Below are positions 50,649 to 64,000 of a stretch of DNA of 64,000 nt, one piece after another. Each line of letters begins with the position of its first letter. Position 1 is the stretch's first letter. The stretch spans positions 496,001 to 560,000 of the forward strand of contig LSRY02000046.1 of assembly GCA_001643675.2 (NCBI GenBank), read 5' to 3'. Source of the stretch: Monocercomonoides exilis PA203 (taxonomy: Eukaryota; Protista; Preaxostyla). A model generated the notes under the pieces. That model was not told where the DNA came from. It saw only the letters and a program-made list of their open reading frames with translations, and did no database searches. Position numbers and translations under genes: made by a program.

Positions 50649-53416
50649 ATGTCTGGTAATCTTCCTGCTATTATTGCCGAGACAAACGATTTTTTGGAGA
50701 AATATCTGGGTCCTCAATTATTTGGAGATTTGGATAAAACAATTCTCAGATATGTGTATCATTACATAGAGTCAGGAATGTGTTTAGATGTCGATTCTTC
50801 ATATGAGCAGGTTTCTAACCATTTTTATTGATTTTAACTTTTAAAATAATTATTTCTCACTTTACATTAAATATATCTTTTTGATTATTTTATTAGCTGG
50901 GAGAGATCCTTCCATCTTGGGGGGTGTGCCCAGTTTCAGAATGTAGACAAGTTTGCGAAAAGTTTGCAACAATCGCTTCAAAATACAATGTTGTCAAAGA
51001 GTCAAAAGAACAAAGTGCTCTTCAACTAAAAACACAGAGAGAAAAGATGACCAATATTCGTGATATTCTTCAAGGTCAATCTCTTGAAAATCACATTTCA
51101 TCTGTTTTGAAACCAAAAACTCTTGCTCCACGTCACATCAGAAAGCGAGAACAAAGAAAGAAAGAAGAAGGACCAGATCCCGATGAAGAGAAATTCCAGG
51201 ATCCAAACTCTTCAACCAGACTTACTTATATTCCTGATTTGCATGATGTTGTGATCGTTAAGCCTCAACATGCTGATCGATCCAATCCAGATGAAATTCG
51301 TATTTCAGAGTTTAGCATGTCTTTCGCTGGTAAAGTTCTGCTGAACAATTCTAGTCTTTTCCTTCAAAAAGGAAGAAGATATGGATTGATTGGAAGAAAT
51401 GGTGTTGGTAAATCTACATTACTTAGGCACATTGCACGAGGATCGTTCAATCTGTCAAATTCACCTGATATTCTGTTTATTGAACAAGAAGTTCCTGGAA
51501 ACGAAGCTTCGCCATTGGAATGGGTTCTTGCTGCTGATCAAAAGAGAATGGAGCTTCTGAAAGAGGAGCAGCGGCTGTTGGGGCTAATTGAATCAACGCC
51601 AGCAGCAAAGGAGCACGATGAAGTTGAAAAAGAGGAGATGCAGAAGATTAGAGAGAAGGAGAAGAAAGCAAAAGGCGAAATCGGAGATGAGGAGAATGAG
51701 GAGGAGAAAGGTGAAGGAGAAGAAAACGAGAATGAAGAAGAGGATGGAGAAGAAAAGCCATCTTCTTCTTCATCGCCATCTGATTTCCAACAGAAAAAGA
51801 ACAAAAAGGCAGCACTTCTTCGAGAAGCCATGAAGTCAAAGAAGCATCCCATGACTGTTGCAGCACCATCTTCGCTTGGGGCTGCAATTTCATCCGCAGC
51901 TGCACATGCATTGAATGAAGGAGACAAGGACGATGAAGACGAAGAGGAGGATGCAGCTGGAGCAAAAGGAAAGGGAGATGAAGAAGACAATGCAGATGAA
52001 GGAGCTGAAAAATCAAGAGGGAAATCAGCATCTTCTTCAGCAGGCAAGCGCAAGGCTCGTTCAAAGGGAGGTCTGCTTGGAATGCGCCGTGTGGCGAAGC
52101 TGGCATCGGGCTCAGATGCATCTTCGGAGCTTGCAGCGCTGTATGAAAAGATGGCTGATATGAAGATCGAGACACACGAGTCACGTGCACGCTCGATCCT
52201 GAAAGGGCTTGGGTTCACTGAGGAAGACATGACAAGGCCGTCCAACCTGTTTTCTGGAGGGTGGAGAATGAGAATTTCACTCGCCCGTGCGCTGTTCAGG
52301 GAGCCCACTTTCTTGTTCCTGGATGAGCCGACTAACCATCTGGATCTGCCTGGCTCATTGTTCCTGGAGCAGTATCTGAAGCACTACGACAGAGGGCTTG
52401 TTCTGGTGTCGCATGATCGGTACTTCCTGGACAAAGTGTGCACAGACATCATCTTCTTCAACAACGAGAAGCTGACAAGCTACAAGGGCAGCTACTCACA
52501 GTTCGAGATCGTGCGGAAGGAGCAACGCACACACCAGTCAAAAGCGTACGAGAACCAGCAGAAGGAGATTGCTCGTATTCAGCGGTTTATCGATGTGAAC
52601 ATTGCGAAGTCGGAGAAGCTGTGCAATGCAGCACAGTCCAGGCAGAAGATCCTGGCGAAGATGGAGAAGATTGAGAAACCAGATGAAGACGACTACCACG
52701 TGACTTTCCGCTTCCCTGAGCTTGGCTCTGGCATCAAATCTCCGTTCCTGACGTTTGAGAACGTGAACTTTGGGTATGTGGTGAAGAAGAACATCCTGGA
52801 GAACATCTCTCTTGTGATTGGGCTGTCGTCGCGTGTGGCGCTGGTAGGAACGAACGGAGCAGGAAAATCAACGCTGCTGAAGCTGATGTGCCGAGACCTG
52901 ACGGAGTCTTCTGGAAACATCTGGATTCGGCCTTCTCTGTCGACTGTGCGGTTCAGCCAGCACGCAGTCGATGAGATGCCAACGAAGATCGATGCGCTGA
53001 ACTATCTGTACGAGTCTGTGCAGGCACTGACAGAATTCAAACCACCAAAGGGACAGGAGAAGATAAGAGCACATTTAGCGTCCTTTGGTGTGACAGGGCA
53101 GATGGCGATGCAGAACTTGGGGACGATGTCTGGAGGAGAAAGGATGAGGGTGGCACTCGCAAAGATGACTCTGAACAGACACCCGCATCTGCTGCTGCTG
53201 GATGAGCCGACTAACCATCTGGATATCGAAGCGAGAGAAGCGCTGGCACAGGCACTGAAGGCATTCCAGGGGGCAGTTGTGATGGTGACTCATGATCAGC
53301 ATCTGATCACGGCAACGTGCTCGGAGATTTGGGTGGTGGAGGACAAGAAGGTTACGCCATTTTCAGGAGATTTCGAACAATACAAAAAGCATCTTACGAA
53401 GAAGATGGGATGGTAG
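50649..53416 (+). CDS. ABC-F family ATPase (ABCF3/Gcn20-like)
   Basis: Exon 1 (50649-50810) and intron 50811-50896 are in frame. Two NBDs: GRNGVGKST / FSGGWRMR / DEPTNHLD and GTNGAGKST / MSGGERMR / DEPTNHLD. No TM segments; long charged insert in NBD1. Confidence 0.92.
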
Positions 53417-53791
53417 GAAAGAAGAAAGTAATAATTTCTCAATTATTATTTTATTATTCAAAAAAAGATCATATTTTAATTCGTTTTTTTATCACTTTTA
53501 TTGAATAATTTTTTCTTTCTTATCAAATTAGTTCATATTTTGTTTTTAAAAATTTCCACAAGGATTTTAAAAACAAAACATGAAATTTCCCGTTTTTTTC
53601 AATTTTTATGGAAATTCTTGAGTTTTTCCACAGAAAGGAAAAAAAAAAAAGCTAACAGTCTTTGATAAAATTAACTCAAACCAAATGGATGAAAGTGTAA
53701 GTGGCAATGAATATCTATTTATCAAAATTAAAACCAAATTCTTAAAACTAATGCATTCTCAAATTACGCAATAATTTTTAACTGAAATTCA

Positions 53792-53817
<26 letters not shown>
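53792..53817. repeat. (AC)n microsatellite
   Basis: About 13 AC units between the convergent ABCF and ARM genes. Confidence 0.9.
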
Positions 53818-53822
<5 letters not shown>

Positions 53823-53919
53823 AAAAATAATAAACTAATTCAGAAAATAGAAGGTATTCCAATTTTCTTTTTCATAACTAATATTCTCACACAAAGAAAG
53901 AGATTAAAACCAAATTTTT

Positions 53920-56900
53920 CTATTGCTCTGTTTTCAGCAAAAACGCTGAAACATAAGAAGATTGGGCAGGATTAATTTTCATATGAGATGAATAAATACT
54001 GTCATCTGACACTTCAGATGAGTTTTTCATTAAGTTTGTGTTGAATGTGTTAGTTTGCATTGTTGCTGTTTGATTTTGAGGGGAAGAACAATAAAGAGGA
54101 AATGAAGGATTTGATGAAAAATGAACAGGAGTGGCAGAAGGCGAAATGATAAGCTGTGAAGACAAAGACGAAGACGAAGAAATCGAAGGAGAAGAAAAAG
54201 GGGTGTTTTGAAAAGAAGCAATCGCAGGAGAAGAAAGCGGAGATATGAAACAGGATGAAATGGAAGAGAAAGAAGATGAAAGTGAAGGCGATTGCAAAGA
54301 TGAGTTTCCAGGTGTAAGTGGAGAAGAAAATGAATTGTCGAATGAAATAGAAGAAGAAGAAGAAGAAGAAAAAGGAGAATCTGAAGATGAGATAGAGGCA
54401 GAAGATGAAGGATACGTTGATGTTGTAATAGTCGAAGAAAGAGGAGCAGTAAATTGATTGAATTCATTTGTTCTTTGAGACGATTCTTCGTCCATCAATG
54501 GCAAAGGACTCGTCACACAATCAACTTCATCTCTTATTCCCCTGTTTTTCACAGTTTCATTTTCATCTGAGAAACATTCATCAATTGCAAAGCCATCATC
54601 TTTCCTTTGATGGATAGAACCTCCGCTTCTGTATTCATCATCATCAACATCTTCTTCTTCTTCATTTCCTTTCATCAAATACAAGTCAAGTCCCTTCCAG
54701 TTATTTGCCACTTGCAGCTCAATCATTCTCTCCCAAATGCCTCCGCCACAACACACTTTCACACAGCAGTGGAGCTCCATCAAACTAGAAATCTCACTTT
54801 CTGATGGTGCCGCTTTACTGTTCGGATTGAAGAGCCCGTCTTTCCCCATCCACTCCATCATGTTGCTCGCTTCCTTTGCTGCTTCAGCAATCGATTTGTT
54901 TGAAGAGTCAGCCAATGTATCGACCCTTCGAAATGACTGCTTTTCACTCAGCAAATACAAAAAGGAAAGAAGTAAAACGAGATCCAATGGAACATTTTGA
55001 AGGATTGGAAAAGAAAACGGAAGTTGCGATGAAATGGATGATGAAGTGTTTAGTGTGGTTTGCGGTGTTGTTGTTGGAGTGGAAAAAGAAGTTAATGAGC
55101 TTTGATTTGAATATGGAGGAAGTCCAGAAGAAAATGGTGAGGAAATAGTAGAAGATGAAGTCAGAAAAGATGTTTGAGAATGTGATGCATCTGCTCGACT
55201 TTGTCGTTCGTAATCATCAAGAATATTCTTTCCAACAATAAGAAAGCGATTGAGAAGCGTCAACACAGAAGACACAGCAGCAGGATCATAACTGCTTCTG
55301 CAACTTTTCTTGCCATTGTAATTACCATCATCATCTTCATCGCACTCGTCATCATCATCTTGTTCTTTGTTTGAAAGAATTCTAACTGAATCATTCAGTT
55401 TTGAATCATCATCAAAAGACATCACTTTGCAGTATCTTTGATACTCTGCATCCAACATTTCCATGTGCATTTTTGAATTTTGAGAAAATGAGCCATTAGG
55501 CAGACCAGAAAAAGAAGGCAAAGAAGCAGAAGAAAGTGCTTGCGTTGCATTCATTCGCAATTTTTCAGTGCCACTCGCAGATGATTCCAGAACAGAAGCA
55601 CAAAGCATTCCGATGCGATGCAATAATGGAAATGAGCTACAAAATGCTTCATCAGCTGATATTTCTTTTCCTTCGTTTGCTTGTTTGCTGTGTTGTATTG
55701 CTAAACTTGCATTTGTTCTCAGAGAACGCAACAAGGCAAGAGCTGCTTCATCGCTTAGCTCTGCAACGCACGAAAGAGTCCAAAGAAGCCATCGAACTAT
55801 CACTCGACATGAAAGAGTGGCACTGCTCTCATCGTTATCATCCATTCCTTTATTCGAGTTGTCTTGATTGTGATTATTGCTCTTCGTGTTTGTCTCTTTT
55901 CGTTTCAATGTATCTGATGAAAAAGAGCTTGAGAATGAGATCGCGCCAAGCTGTGGCTGTGCTCGTGATTGACTGCTTGCAGATGCATTTTGAGTTTCTC
56001 CAACATTCTGTGTCTTATTTAATTCCTCTGAAAACATCTTTTTGTGTACGCTTTTCCTGATGCTTGTGAACTCCAGCCATTGTAATGTCATTTTAATGCA
56101 CTCAATCAAAAATCCATTTTCGCATCGTTTCGCGTTCTTGCTATCTGGTTTATTGATCCAATAAGGATTTTCAGATGGAGCACTTGTTTCATTGTTTAAC
56201 TTTTGTTTTATGTCATCATTCCAGAAAGAAGTTGGTGTTCTTTCAAGGAGAAGCTTTAAAGTGCTATTCAGCCTAATTCGCCTTGAAGAAGAAGTCTGAG
56301 AAAGCAAATCAGAATAATATAAAGACGAGGAAGAGGAAGAAGACAAGGACGAAGATGAATATAATGAAAATTGTGTTGAAGAGAACTGAGTGTCTGCAGC
56401 GGAGTTGTGGCACAGCTGAAGAAGAGAGACAATCAAAGAGGAAAGAACATGGAAAAGTGAAATGCATTGCTGATATGAATATTTGAAAGTGGTTTGTGGA
56501 GAAAGAGGATTTTGTGAGATGTGTGGAAATCCTGGTGGATAACAAGAATTATTTGGAGGAAATAGCGAAGATGATGTGATTACAGCAGAAGAAGCGGAGG
56601 AGGAGTTACTTTGCATTTTACAGTCCTTTGGATGCAATTCTTTCTCCATCTGAATGAAAGCATTTGAGAGAACATCCACCATTTCTTCAATCCATTTGCA
56701 CAGATAGAAAAGCCAGTCAATGTTTTCTCTCAGAAACCGATTCATCCAGCCGCTGTTGCAGCAGCAGCTGAAACAGACACACGAAGCAAGAATAAAAGAC
56801 AACTGAGATAAAATTGGTAAGTTTTGCTGAGAAAATGTGCTGATTGTGCTGTTGAATGAGGAAAAAGGTGGAGGTTTGCAAAGTTCTAAGGATAACTTCC

Positions 56901-58433
56901 TGAAAAGAGGCAGATTGAAGATAAACACATGTTATAAATAAACAAACAAACAAATAAATAAATAAAAAGAGGTTGATTTTAAATAAAAATGAAAAATGAA
57001 AAAAAAAAGTTTGATTAATTTAAAAAATGTGTTGCGACAATCCACTTAATTTGATCCATCAACAACTTTTATAAAAAGCAAGAATTTTTCATTGAAAAGC
57101 GCAAACCTTCCCAAAGAGCACAAAGCGCTTGTCAATGAAGATTCTGTAACCAATAAATTATTCTCCTCATATCTTAAAACGAAAGAAATAATGCTGCATC
57201 CAAGTTCTATGAAAGAACGACTATTTAATCCTTCCTTAGCATTTGGAATTAAATCCGGAAAAGCATTTTTTGCAAGCGAATATACAATATTACAATTAGT
57301 TTTGACTTTAAACAACTTGTAAGCTTTTCTCCAAAACTCTTCGTCTTCATCTTCAACGTAATCATCATCTTCCATCCTTTTAAAATCTTTCCCTTCTTCC
57401 TCTTCAATTTCTTCATCATTCCTCCATCTTTCGTCATTTTGAAGCAATAACATATGAGTCAAGAAAGGAGAAAATGATGAAAAATCGTCAACTGCGATGT
57501 GATCTTGAAAGAAAACAGCTACTACACTCAATAGACACCAAGAAGTTAACTTGTATCTGATCCAGCTTTGCTTTTCCCAGTCTGCTTGAAGATAAAGATT
57601 CAATTGCCGTTCAATTAAATCAAATAATCCATCTTTGCGAAATTCTAGTCTCATAATTTCGCTGCTATTTGCTAAGTTGATAACAATGATGAGGACAAAT
57701 GCAACAAGAAGTGGATCTTCGTCTTCAAGAATTTCAAATATGTAATTATAAAGACGAGAATCAGTACTTAGTTTCTCAGCGAAAACATCAGTGCAGGCTA
57801 AATTACATAACACTTGCAATGAAGAGATTTTATGGATCCTTTCATTTGACTCAGAAAGAAGTGATACTAGATGAAAAAGAAGTTTTGACTGAGACAGCTG
57901 TTCAACAGTTGGATTTGGATCTAATGTCATTTAAAATGATATATTTACAAAAAGGTAATAGAAGCACACAATTTATGAAAAATTTCTGAATTGTTTGCAA
58001 GCTGCAAAATGGATTTGATCTCGATTGTAACAAATCAAATTCATGCGAAACAAAGCGAGAGTTTCTCTAAAATAAAACAAAGAAATTAAAAGTTGATGAA
58101 ATTCAATTAAATTTATAAGCAAAATCATAAATATATTCGCTTTTACAAACAGAAAGAGTTGGAAAAGATGTTTTTTGGATCACAGTGTTGAAGACGGATG
58201 AAGATCGAAGTGAAATTAAATTAGTACATCTCTGTTCATTTCTTATCGATAGGAATGTCTCTGATGTTTTCGTTGTTTCTTCGTTTGTTGTAGCATCTTT
58301 GAAAAAAAGAATATATATAAATTCAGAAAAATCGAAATAAACGTTCCAAGAAGTCAAAAAATTGTTTTCTTATACCTTTCGAAAAATAATTCTGACGTTG
58401 TTCTCTTCTTTCTTCTAAATTCCAAACTTCCAT
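53920..58433 (-). CDS. Divergent importin-alpha-like ARM-repeat protein with long Ser-rich C-terminus; multi-exon
   Basis: MEVWNLEERREQRQNYFSK|DATTNEETTKTSETFLSIRNEQR has IBB-like spacing. PNPTVEQLSQSKLLFHLVSLL...SLQVLCNLAC and LIIVINLANSS are ARM-like. The 294-aa and 1002-aa ORFs join in frame via a GTTTG...CAG intron (~56901-57106). Confidence 0.55.
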
Positions 58434-58777
58434 TCAAAGAGAACAGTCAGAATAAATTTTTCTTGATGTACCATTATAAGTTTTATTGGAAATGATTTCT
58501 TTAAAAGGAAAACAAACTATCTTTAAATATCATTATCTTCAAGCTTTTTCAAGTTTTATATAAATACATCATGACGTGAACAATTAAAAATTGCTCGAAA
58601 ATTCTAAATATCTATTAAAAAAGAACACATTTCTACAAATATTCAAAAAAATGAAAATAAATATTAAAATCATCAAACAAAATAAAACTCGATAACAATA
58701 CACTTTTAATCATTTACAACAATATCCGTTGTTAAAAGTCTGAACTAACTATTGATAAATAATTAAACAAAATTCTG

Positions 58778-58811
<34 letters not shown>

Positions 58812-58933
58812 AAAAAAAAAAAAAAAAAAAAGAAAAATTGCTACAAACAAAAACAAATAATATAATGCAATATAATAACTGAATGAATTCATCTCAAATG
58901 ATAAGGAGTATACACACATTGGCCTCGCATAGC

Positions 58934-61900
58934 TCATCCATCAATCGGCTCTTCGCCTTCCTCTGGATCAATCACATTATCTTCATCATCAGCATCAACA
59001 TCAACATCTTCTGCTCCTCCATCCTCCACCGCAGCCACAGTTGACAGAAACTCCCTCAATTCCTGTTCTGTCGGCAGCTCATTGTCTTCAAAGTAGTCAT
59101 CGTCCTCTAATTCTCCCCCTTCCTCTGAAGACTTCCCTTCCTTCCGCTCTTCCATTTCTTGGTCCTCCTCAAAGAACTCCTCTTCGTATTCTTCTCTTCC
59201 ACACCCCCTCCCCATTCCCATCCTCATCCCCATCCCCATCCTCCTCTCCATCTCTTTCCTCATCTCCTCCTCTTCCTCCTCTTCCTCCTTCATCCTCATT
59301 GCAGCTGCCACTGCTTTCCTCTCTGCCATCTGCCAATATGCAATTGACCGCATTCCTGTGCATCTGCCACCACAGGAACGCCCGCACACACAAAGAGGAC
59401 GCTGAAGACGGAGGTAAGGAGACTGGGGAGAGCGAAGGAAATACGAAGAGGGAAAGGAAAAAGGAGAGGGACGAGAAGGACGAGAAGGATGAGAGGGATG
59501 AAGAGATTGATGTTGGAGAGGAAGATTGGAAGGATGTGGAAGATGTGGTGGATGGGGCGATATCTGCTTGGGCATTTGGGAGAGGAAGGAAGAAGAAGAA
59601 GAAGAAGAAGAAGAAGTTGACGATGATGATGAAAATGATGATGAAAGAGAAGAAGGAGATGGATCAGAAGAAGAAATGAGGAGCTTGGCGATGTTTCCAG
59701 GCACAAAGTCCTTTGCTGCTGTGGAGAGAGAAAGGTTTGATGAAGAGGAGCTTGGCGAAGAATTGGAAGAAGAGGAAAGGTGAGAAGAAGAGGAAGAAGT
59801 CGGAGAAGTTGGAGAAGTTGGAGAAGAAGGAGAAGGAGAAGGAGAAAGAGAAGGAGAAAGAGAAGAAGAAGAAGAAGAAAGAGAAGAAGAAGAGGGAGAA
59901 AGAGAAGAAGAAGGCAATGAGGGTGAAGCATGAGCAGATGGGAGTGTGGCAGAAGGAGGCGGAGGAGGTGTTGGAAGAGAAAGAGACGAAAACTCTGGTG
60001 AGAATGAGGTGTTTGTGGATGAATGTGTTTGATTGGATGGAGAAGGAAATGAAGATGATGATATGGATGAGATTGAAGGTGATGAAGGTGATGATGATGA
60101 TGGAGTGAATGAAGAAGATGCAGAAGACAAAGAAAAAGAGCGATTTTCATTTAAAAAAGAAGTATTTTGTGAAGCAGAAGAACGAAAAGAAGCTGAATTT
60201 CCATTGAAAACGGTGTTTTGCGGAGGAAATAGTGTTGATTGGTATGCTTTTCCAGATGTTCGATAAGCAGTGGGACAAGAAGAAGTGGAATAAGAAGAAG
60301 GAGAAAGAGAAAGAGAAGAAGGAGAAGGGGAAGGAGAAGAAGGTGGAATAGGGGTGTGTGGAGGTAGTGGAAGTTCAGAAGTTTCATTATTCAATGTGTT
60401 TTGTGCGATTTCTTGTTTATAAGAAGAAGAGGAAGAAAGAAGAGAAAGAAGAGAAGGAGAAGGAGAAGGAGAAGGAGAATGTTGTTGAGGTGATGTTTGC
60501 GGTTGTTGTGGTGATTGCTGATTCATCCCTTGTTTTTCACTGCTGATGCAAAAGCCACTCGATTTATTGTTATTCTCAGTGCTGTTCAAGCTTCCTTCAT
60601 TGACTTTCCAATCTGGTTCATTTCTTTCATTCTCTTCATCTCCCTCTCCCTCTCCCTCTTCTCCTTCCCTCCCCACCTTCTCTTCTTCCTTTCCCTCTTC
60701 TTCTTCTTCTTCTTCCTTCCTCCTCAGCAGCGCCTCCAGCTCCTCAAAGGACGTGAGCTCCCTCATTCTCTTCTGGCTGTGCCTCTCCAAGCTCTTCACG
60801 TGTCTGTGGCTTTCCAAGTCCACAAACGTCAGCGACACACTCATTTTTCCGTAATGCCCCGTCTTCCCTATCCGCAAGCGGTGCAGCGATTGAAACGAAA
60901 GCGCTGAGGTGTCTGGAGGCAGGTCGAAGCTGACGACGACGTCGGCTTCTGCGGAGTGCAGAGACGAGGCAAACGGGTCGGTGGCGATGAGGAGCTTTGT
61001 GCGGTGCTCGAGGAGGGAGGAGAGGATGCTGGTGTGTTGGAGAGAGTCGAGGGGAATGTCACTGAGGAGGCTGGAGATGGAGGAGGGGCGGAGAGAAGGG
61101 GAAGGGGAAGGGGAAGGGGAGGGGGAGGGGGAAGGGGAGGGAGAAGAATGAGGGGAAGGAGATGGGGAAGGAGAAGTGGAGGAAGAGGGAGAAGGAGAAG
61201 TGGAGGAAGAGGAGGAGGGAGAAGAATGAGGAGAAGGAGAGGAAGAGGAAGATGATGAGGAAGAGGAAGGAGGAGGGGATATAGAAGAAGAAGAAGAAGA
61301 AGACAATGATGACGATGAAGGAGGAGGAGGAGGAGAGAGGGAAGAGAAGGAAGACATGTTGTCTTTGATCCATTGCAGCAGTTTGGTTCCAGATTCAGTT
61401 GACTGTGCCACAAGAAAAAGGATAAAAATCATTGATAAAACAAATGTGTGATAAAAAAATAGAAGTTGATACAATCCAGATGGACAATTCTTAAATGTTA
61501 AAATCCTTTAAATTTTTTTCCTCTCAAAATGTGATTCTTCAATATGAATATACTAAAATATATAAGGATTCTATTCAGAATTTCATTTATCATTCTCTCT
61601 CTCTCTTCATCCATCCATCTATCCATTCTTCATCACAGCCACTCTCAAAACATCGCACACCGAAACAAATACGATCATCTGGTCGATCTCAAAGCGACCG
61701 TACAAATCAGCCAGAAACTGACACTTCTCTTCGAATGTCGTCAGCACCACAAAAAACGACTCCACTTCGTCCAGCGTGAGCTCATCTGACAGCAAGTCCA
61801 GCTGGTTAGAGGAGAAAATTCATAAACATGTGTTTACCCACACACAAATAGTAGTAATAACAATAATAAGGAGAAAGAGAATGACAATAGCAGTGAAGCA

Positions 61901-62987
61901 GGTGGAGAGGGGAATCCACGTATGTTAATGTTATTAGAAATGTTAAGTGTTTCGTTGAAAATGCGGTGAAGAAATGAACAAAAAATACAAATAATTACAA
62001 AAATGATTTAATATTTTGAATTTAAATCATATGAACATAAATGCAATAAAAGCAATTGTTAAAATGAAGAAAAATAAGATGCTCATTCAAATAATGAATC
62101 AAACCTGAACAGCGTTGGGAAGGAATTTGTCTGTCACTTTTCTTGGAATGACCGAAAGAAGAGAAGAAAATAAAGCAACTTGAGTCGTTGGAGGTATCGC
62201 TTTTAATATTTGCACGGTATGAAAAAATCCTGATTTCCCCTTTACTGCATATTGCTCTGCATCATCGAGAACAATCATCCGAAGCATATCAAGATCCAGT
62301 TCATCATTTTGTGAATAACAATTAATGCAAGCAGGGGTTGAAATAAGAATGTGGCATGATAATTGTGCTTAAATTAAGAATAGAAGCAATTTGAAAAAAT
62401 AAGTGCTAATTCAAATAAATTGAGCAAACAGCTTAAATCTCTCGATAACGCAAAATCTTTTGAGAGAAGCAATTTTGTCTTTATTTTTGTTTGAGCAGCA
62501 ATGGAAATTGCCAGCTCGTTAACTTTTTCTGCGCATTCATCTTTTGGAGTCACGATTATAACTTGAAGCTTCGGCAGTTCCTCCTGAATACAGGAAAGAG
62601 CAGCAAGAAGATAGCAAAGAGTTTTCTCTGTGCTTTGAGGCGCATTCGCTATAAAATTTCTTGGACTTTTAGAAATATTTATATTTTAATTTATCGAATG
62701 TTTCGAATCGTAAATGTTGTTTTAAATACGAAAATATTTTTTAATAGATATTTTTTCAAATATTTTCCATGAAAAGTAAAAAAATAAACAAACGGTAAAG
62801 GCATCAAAAGCGATAAAGCTTTTATTTGTAATTTTGTTGGTGATTTTTGTCCTCTTAAGGACAATGAACGCAAAATAGTGGGTTTTATCCCCAATTGAAA
62901 AAACAAGGCCCAAGGTGATGAAAGCCAGAAACGCCTTACTTGCTGAACTTGCTGAATAGCATACATATAAGGATTTGGTAAAGACAT
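58934..62987 (-). CDS. Dbp5/DDX19-like DEAD-box protein with degenerate catalytic motifs and long S/P-rich tail; multi-exon
   Basis: Spliced PTKLQIKALSLLMPLP|PRNFIANAPQSTEKT resembles Dbp5 PSKIQERALPLLL.NPPRNMIAQSQSGTGKT. Also STPAC, VLDDAE, LFSSL, ELTLDEV...EKCQFLADLYG and FDLP...HRLRIGKTGHYGK. Confidence 0.75.
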
Positions 62988-63155
62988 ATTTAACAAAATT
63001 CGAGAGCCCCTGCAAATCGCAAGAAAAGAAAAGAGAGAAAGAAATGGACCCAGTATGGGATCACTGTGATCTTGAAGTTCAATTCTCTCTAATTAGAATC
63101 TTGAAGTTCGTCGTGAAAGCTTTTTGACAAATCTCAACTTTTCTTCCATAAGCGC

Positions 63156-64000
63156 TCAATCTGGAGGGAAAAATGCTTCTTGATTCAATGACTGAAGAAG
63201 GGATGATAACAATAGAGGATTTGGATCTCCAGTGGTTAATGCAATTGCATGAATTGATTTAACAGCATCCAAACACATTTCCTTTCGAGGAATAATGCTC
63301 GGTTGCTGCTCATCAGGCGTTGACGTTGGAACCAAATCTGCTAATTTGGTTTCAGGTGATTCACCCATAATTGTAAAAATACACCACAGTGATGACACAA
63401 GAACTGAAGGCGAAACAGGAATAAAAGAGCAAGAAGATTCAAAAAAGGAACTTGACTTTGTTGATTCTCGTGATGACTCAGGAGAGGTATTGAGAGCTAA
63501 AAGAGCAAATCTTCCAACAGAAAAATATTACAGTTACACATATTTAAAAATGAAGCAATCAGAAAAATATTTCAAAAACAAAAATGAATATAAAATGCAC
63601 ACTTGTTCCACGTTTCGCAAAAGCGTAATTTAATTTCAAGCGATAAATATGGTAGAAATGCATGGAATCCATCAATCGCAGAAGAAAGTACTTCTGAAGA
63701 AGATTTGGTGCGAATTTTGGACTGTGAAACAAGAGGGTCAATATTTTGAATATTTTTAACAAAAAAATCTTCATGTTCATCATCTGTAATTCTGTCGATT
63801 TTATTCTCTTTTTGAAGTGGACAAGGAATGGATGCAGAAGCTTGATTTATTGATTGTGAAGCTGTAGGTTCTGTTGTATAAATTGAACTTAACGGTGATG
63901 TCCATCCCGACAATTGCGTACCCGGAAACCAAAACGGGGTTCGTATTGTTGGTGCAGGGATTCGGACAGGGCTTTCAACGATCTCTGGTAATTGAAGAAA
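63156..64000 (-). CDS. 3' end of a hypothetical protein entering from the right edge
   Basis: Frame open from the edge (FLQLPEIVESPVRIPAPTIRTPFWFPGTQLSGW...FCETWNK), then an AT-rich intron-like gap (~63540-63600) and a last exon ending in TGA at 63156. Confidence 0.5.

Noticed and set aside
1-64000. tRNA, rRNA or CRISPR arrays
   Set aside because: None seen; the repeats are microsatellites or homopolymers with no repeat-spacer structure.

Overview
Eukaryotic protist genomic DNA with AT-rich spacers, many short (about 55-200 nt) GT-AG introns and the standard genetic code. The gene families and the heavy S/E/K low-complexity insertions strongly resemble the oxymonad Monocercomonoides (inferred from recognisable repeat families, not from a database hit). 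The left part (1-26 kb) holds a chorein-N lipid-transfer gene running off the edge, an intronless 2486-aa beta-helix receptor with a dead kinase tail, a Cho2-type PE methyltransferase, a TRM2/TRMT2A tRNA methyltransferase, a K/E-rich protein and DNAI7/CASC1. The right part (43-64 kb) holds GCP4 head-to-head with MRD1, an ABCF, an importin-alpha-like ARM protein and a catalytically degenerate Dbp5/DDX19-like helicase. Between them is a ~17-kb accessory block of pseudogenes and inverted repeats. Its standout is an apparently intact 5-exon gene for a Sola-like DDD transposase with a complete USP (peptidase C19) deubiquitinase domain inserted in it. About 36 nt past its stop codon lies a ~250-nt GC-rich multi-helix, pseudoknot-compatible fold that pairs best as sense-strand RNA. 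All family assignments come from motif recognition by eye, and all exon structures were spliced by hand.
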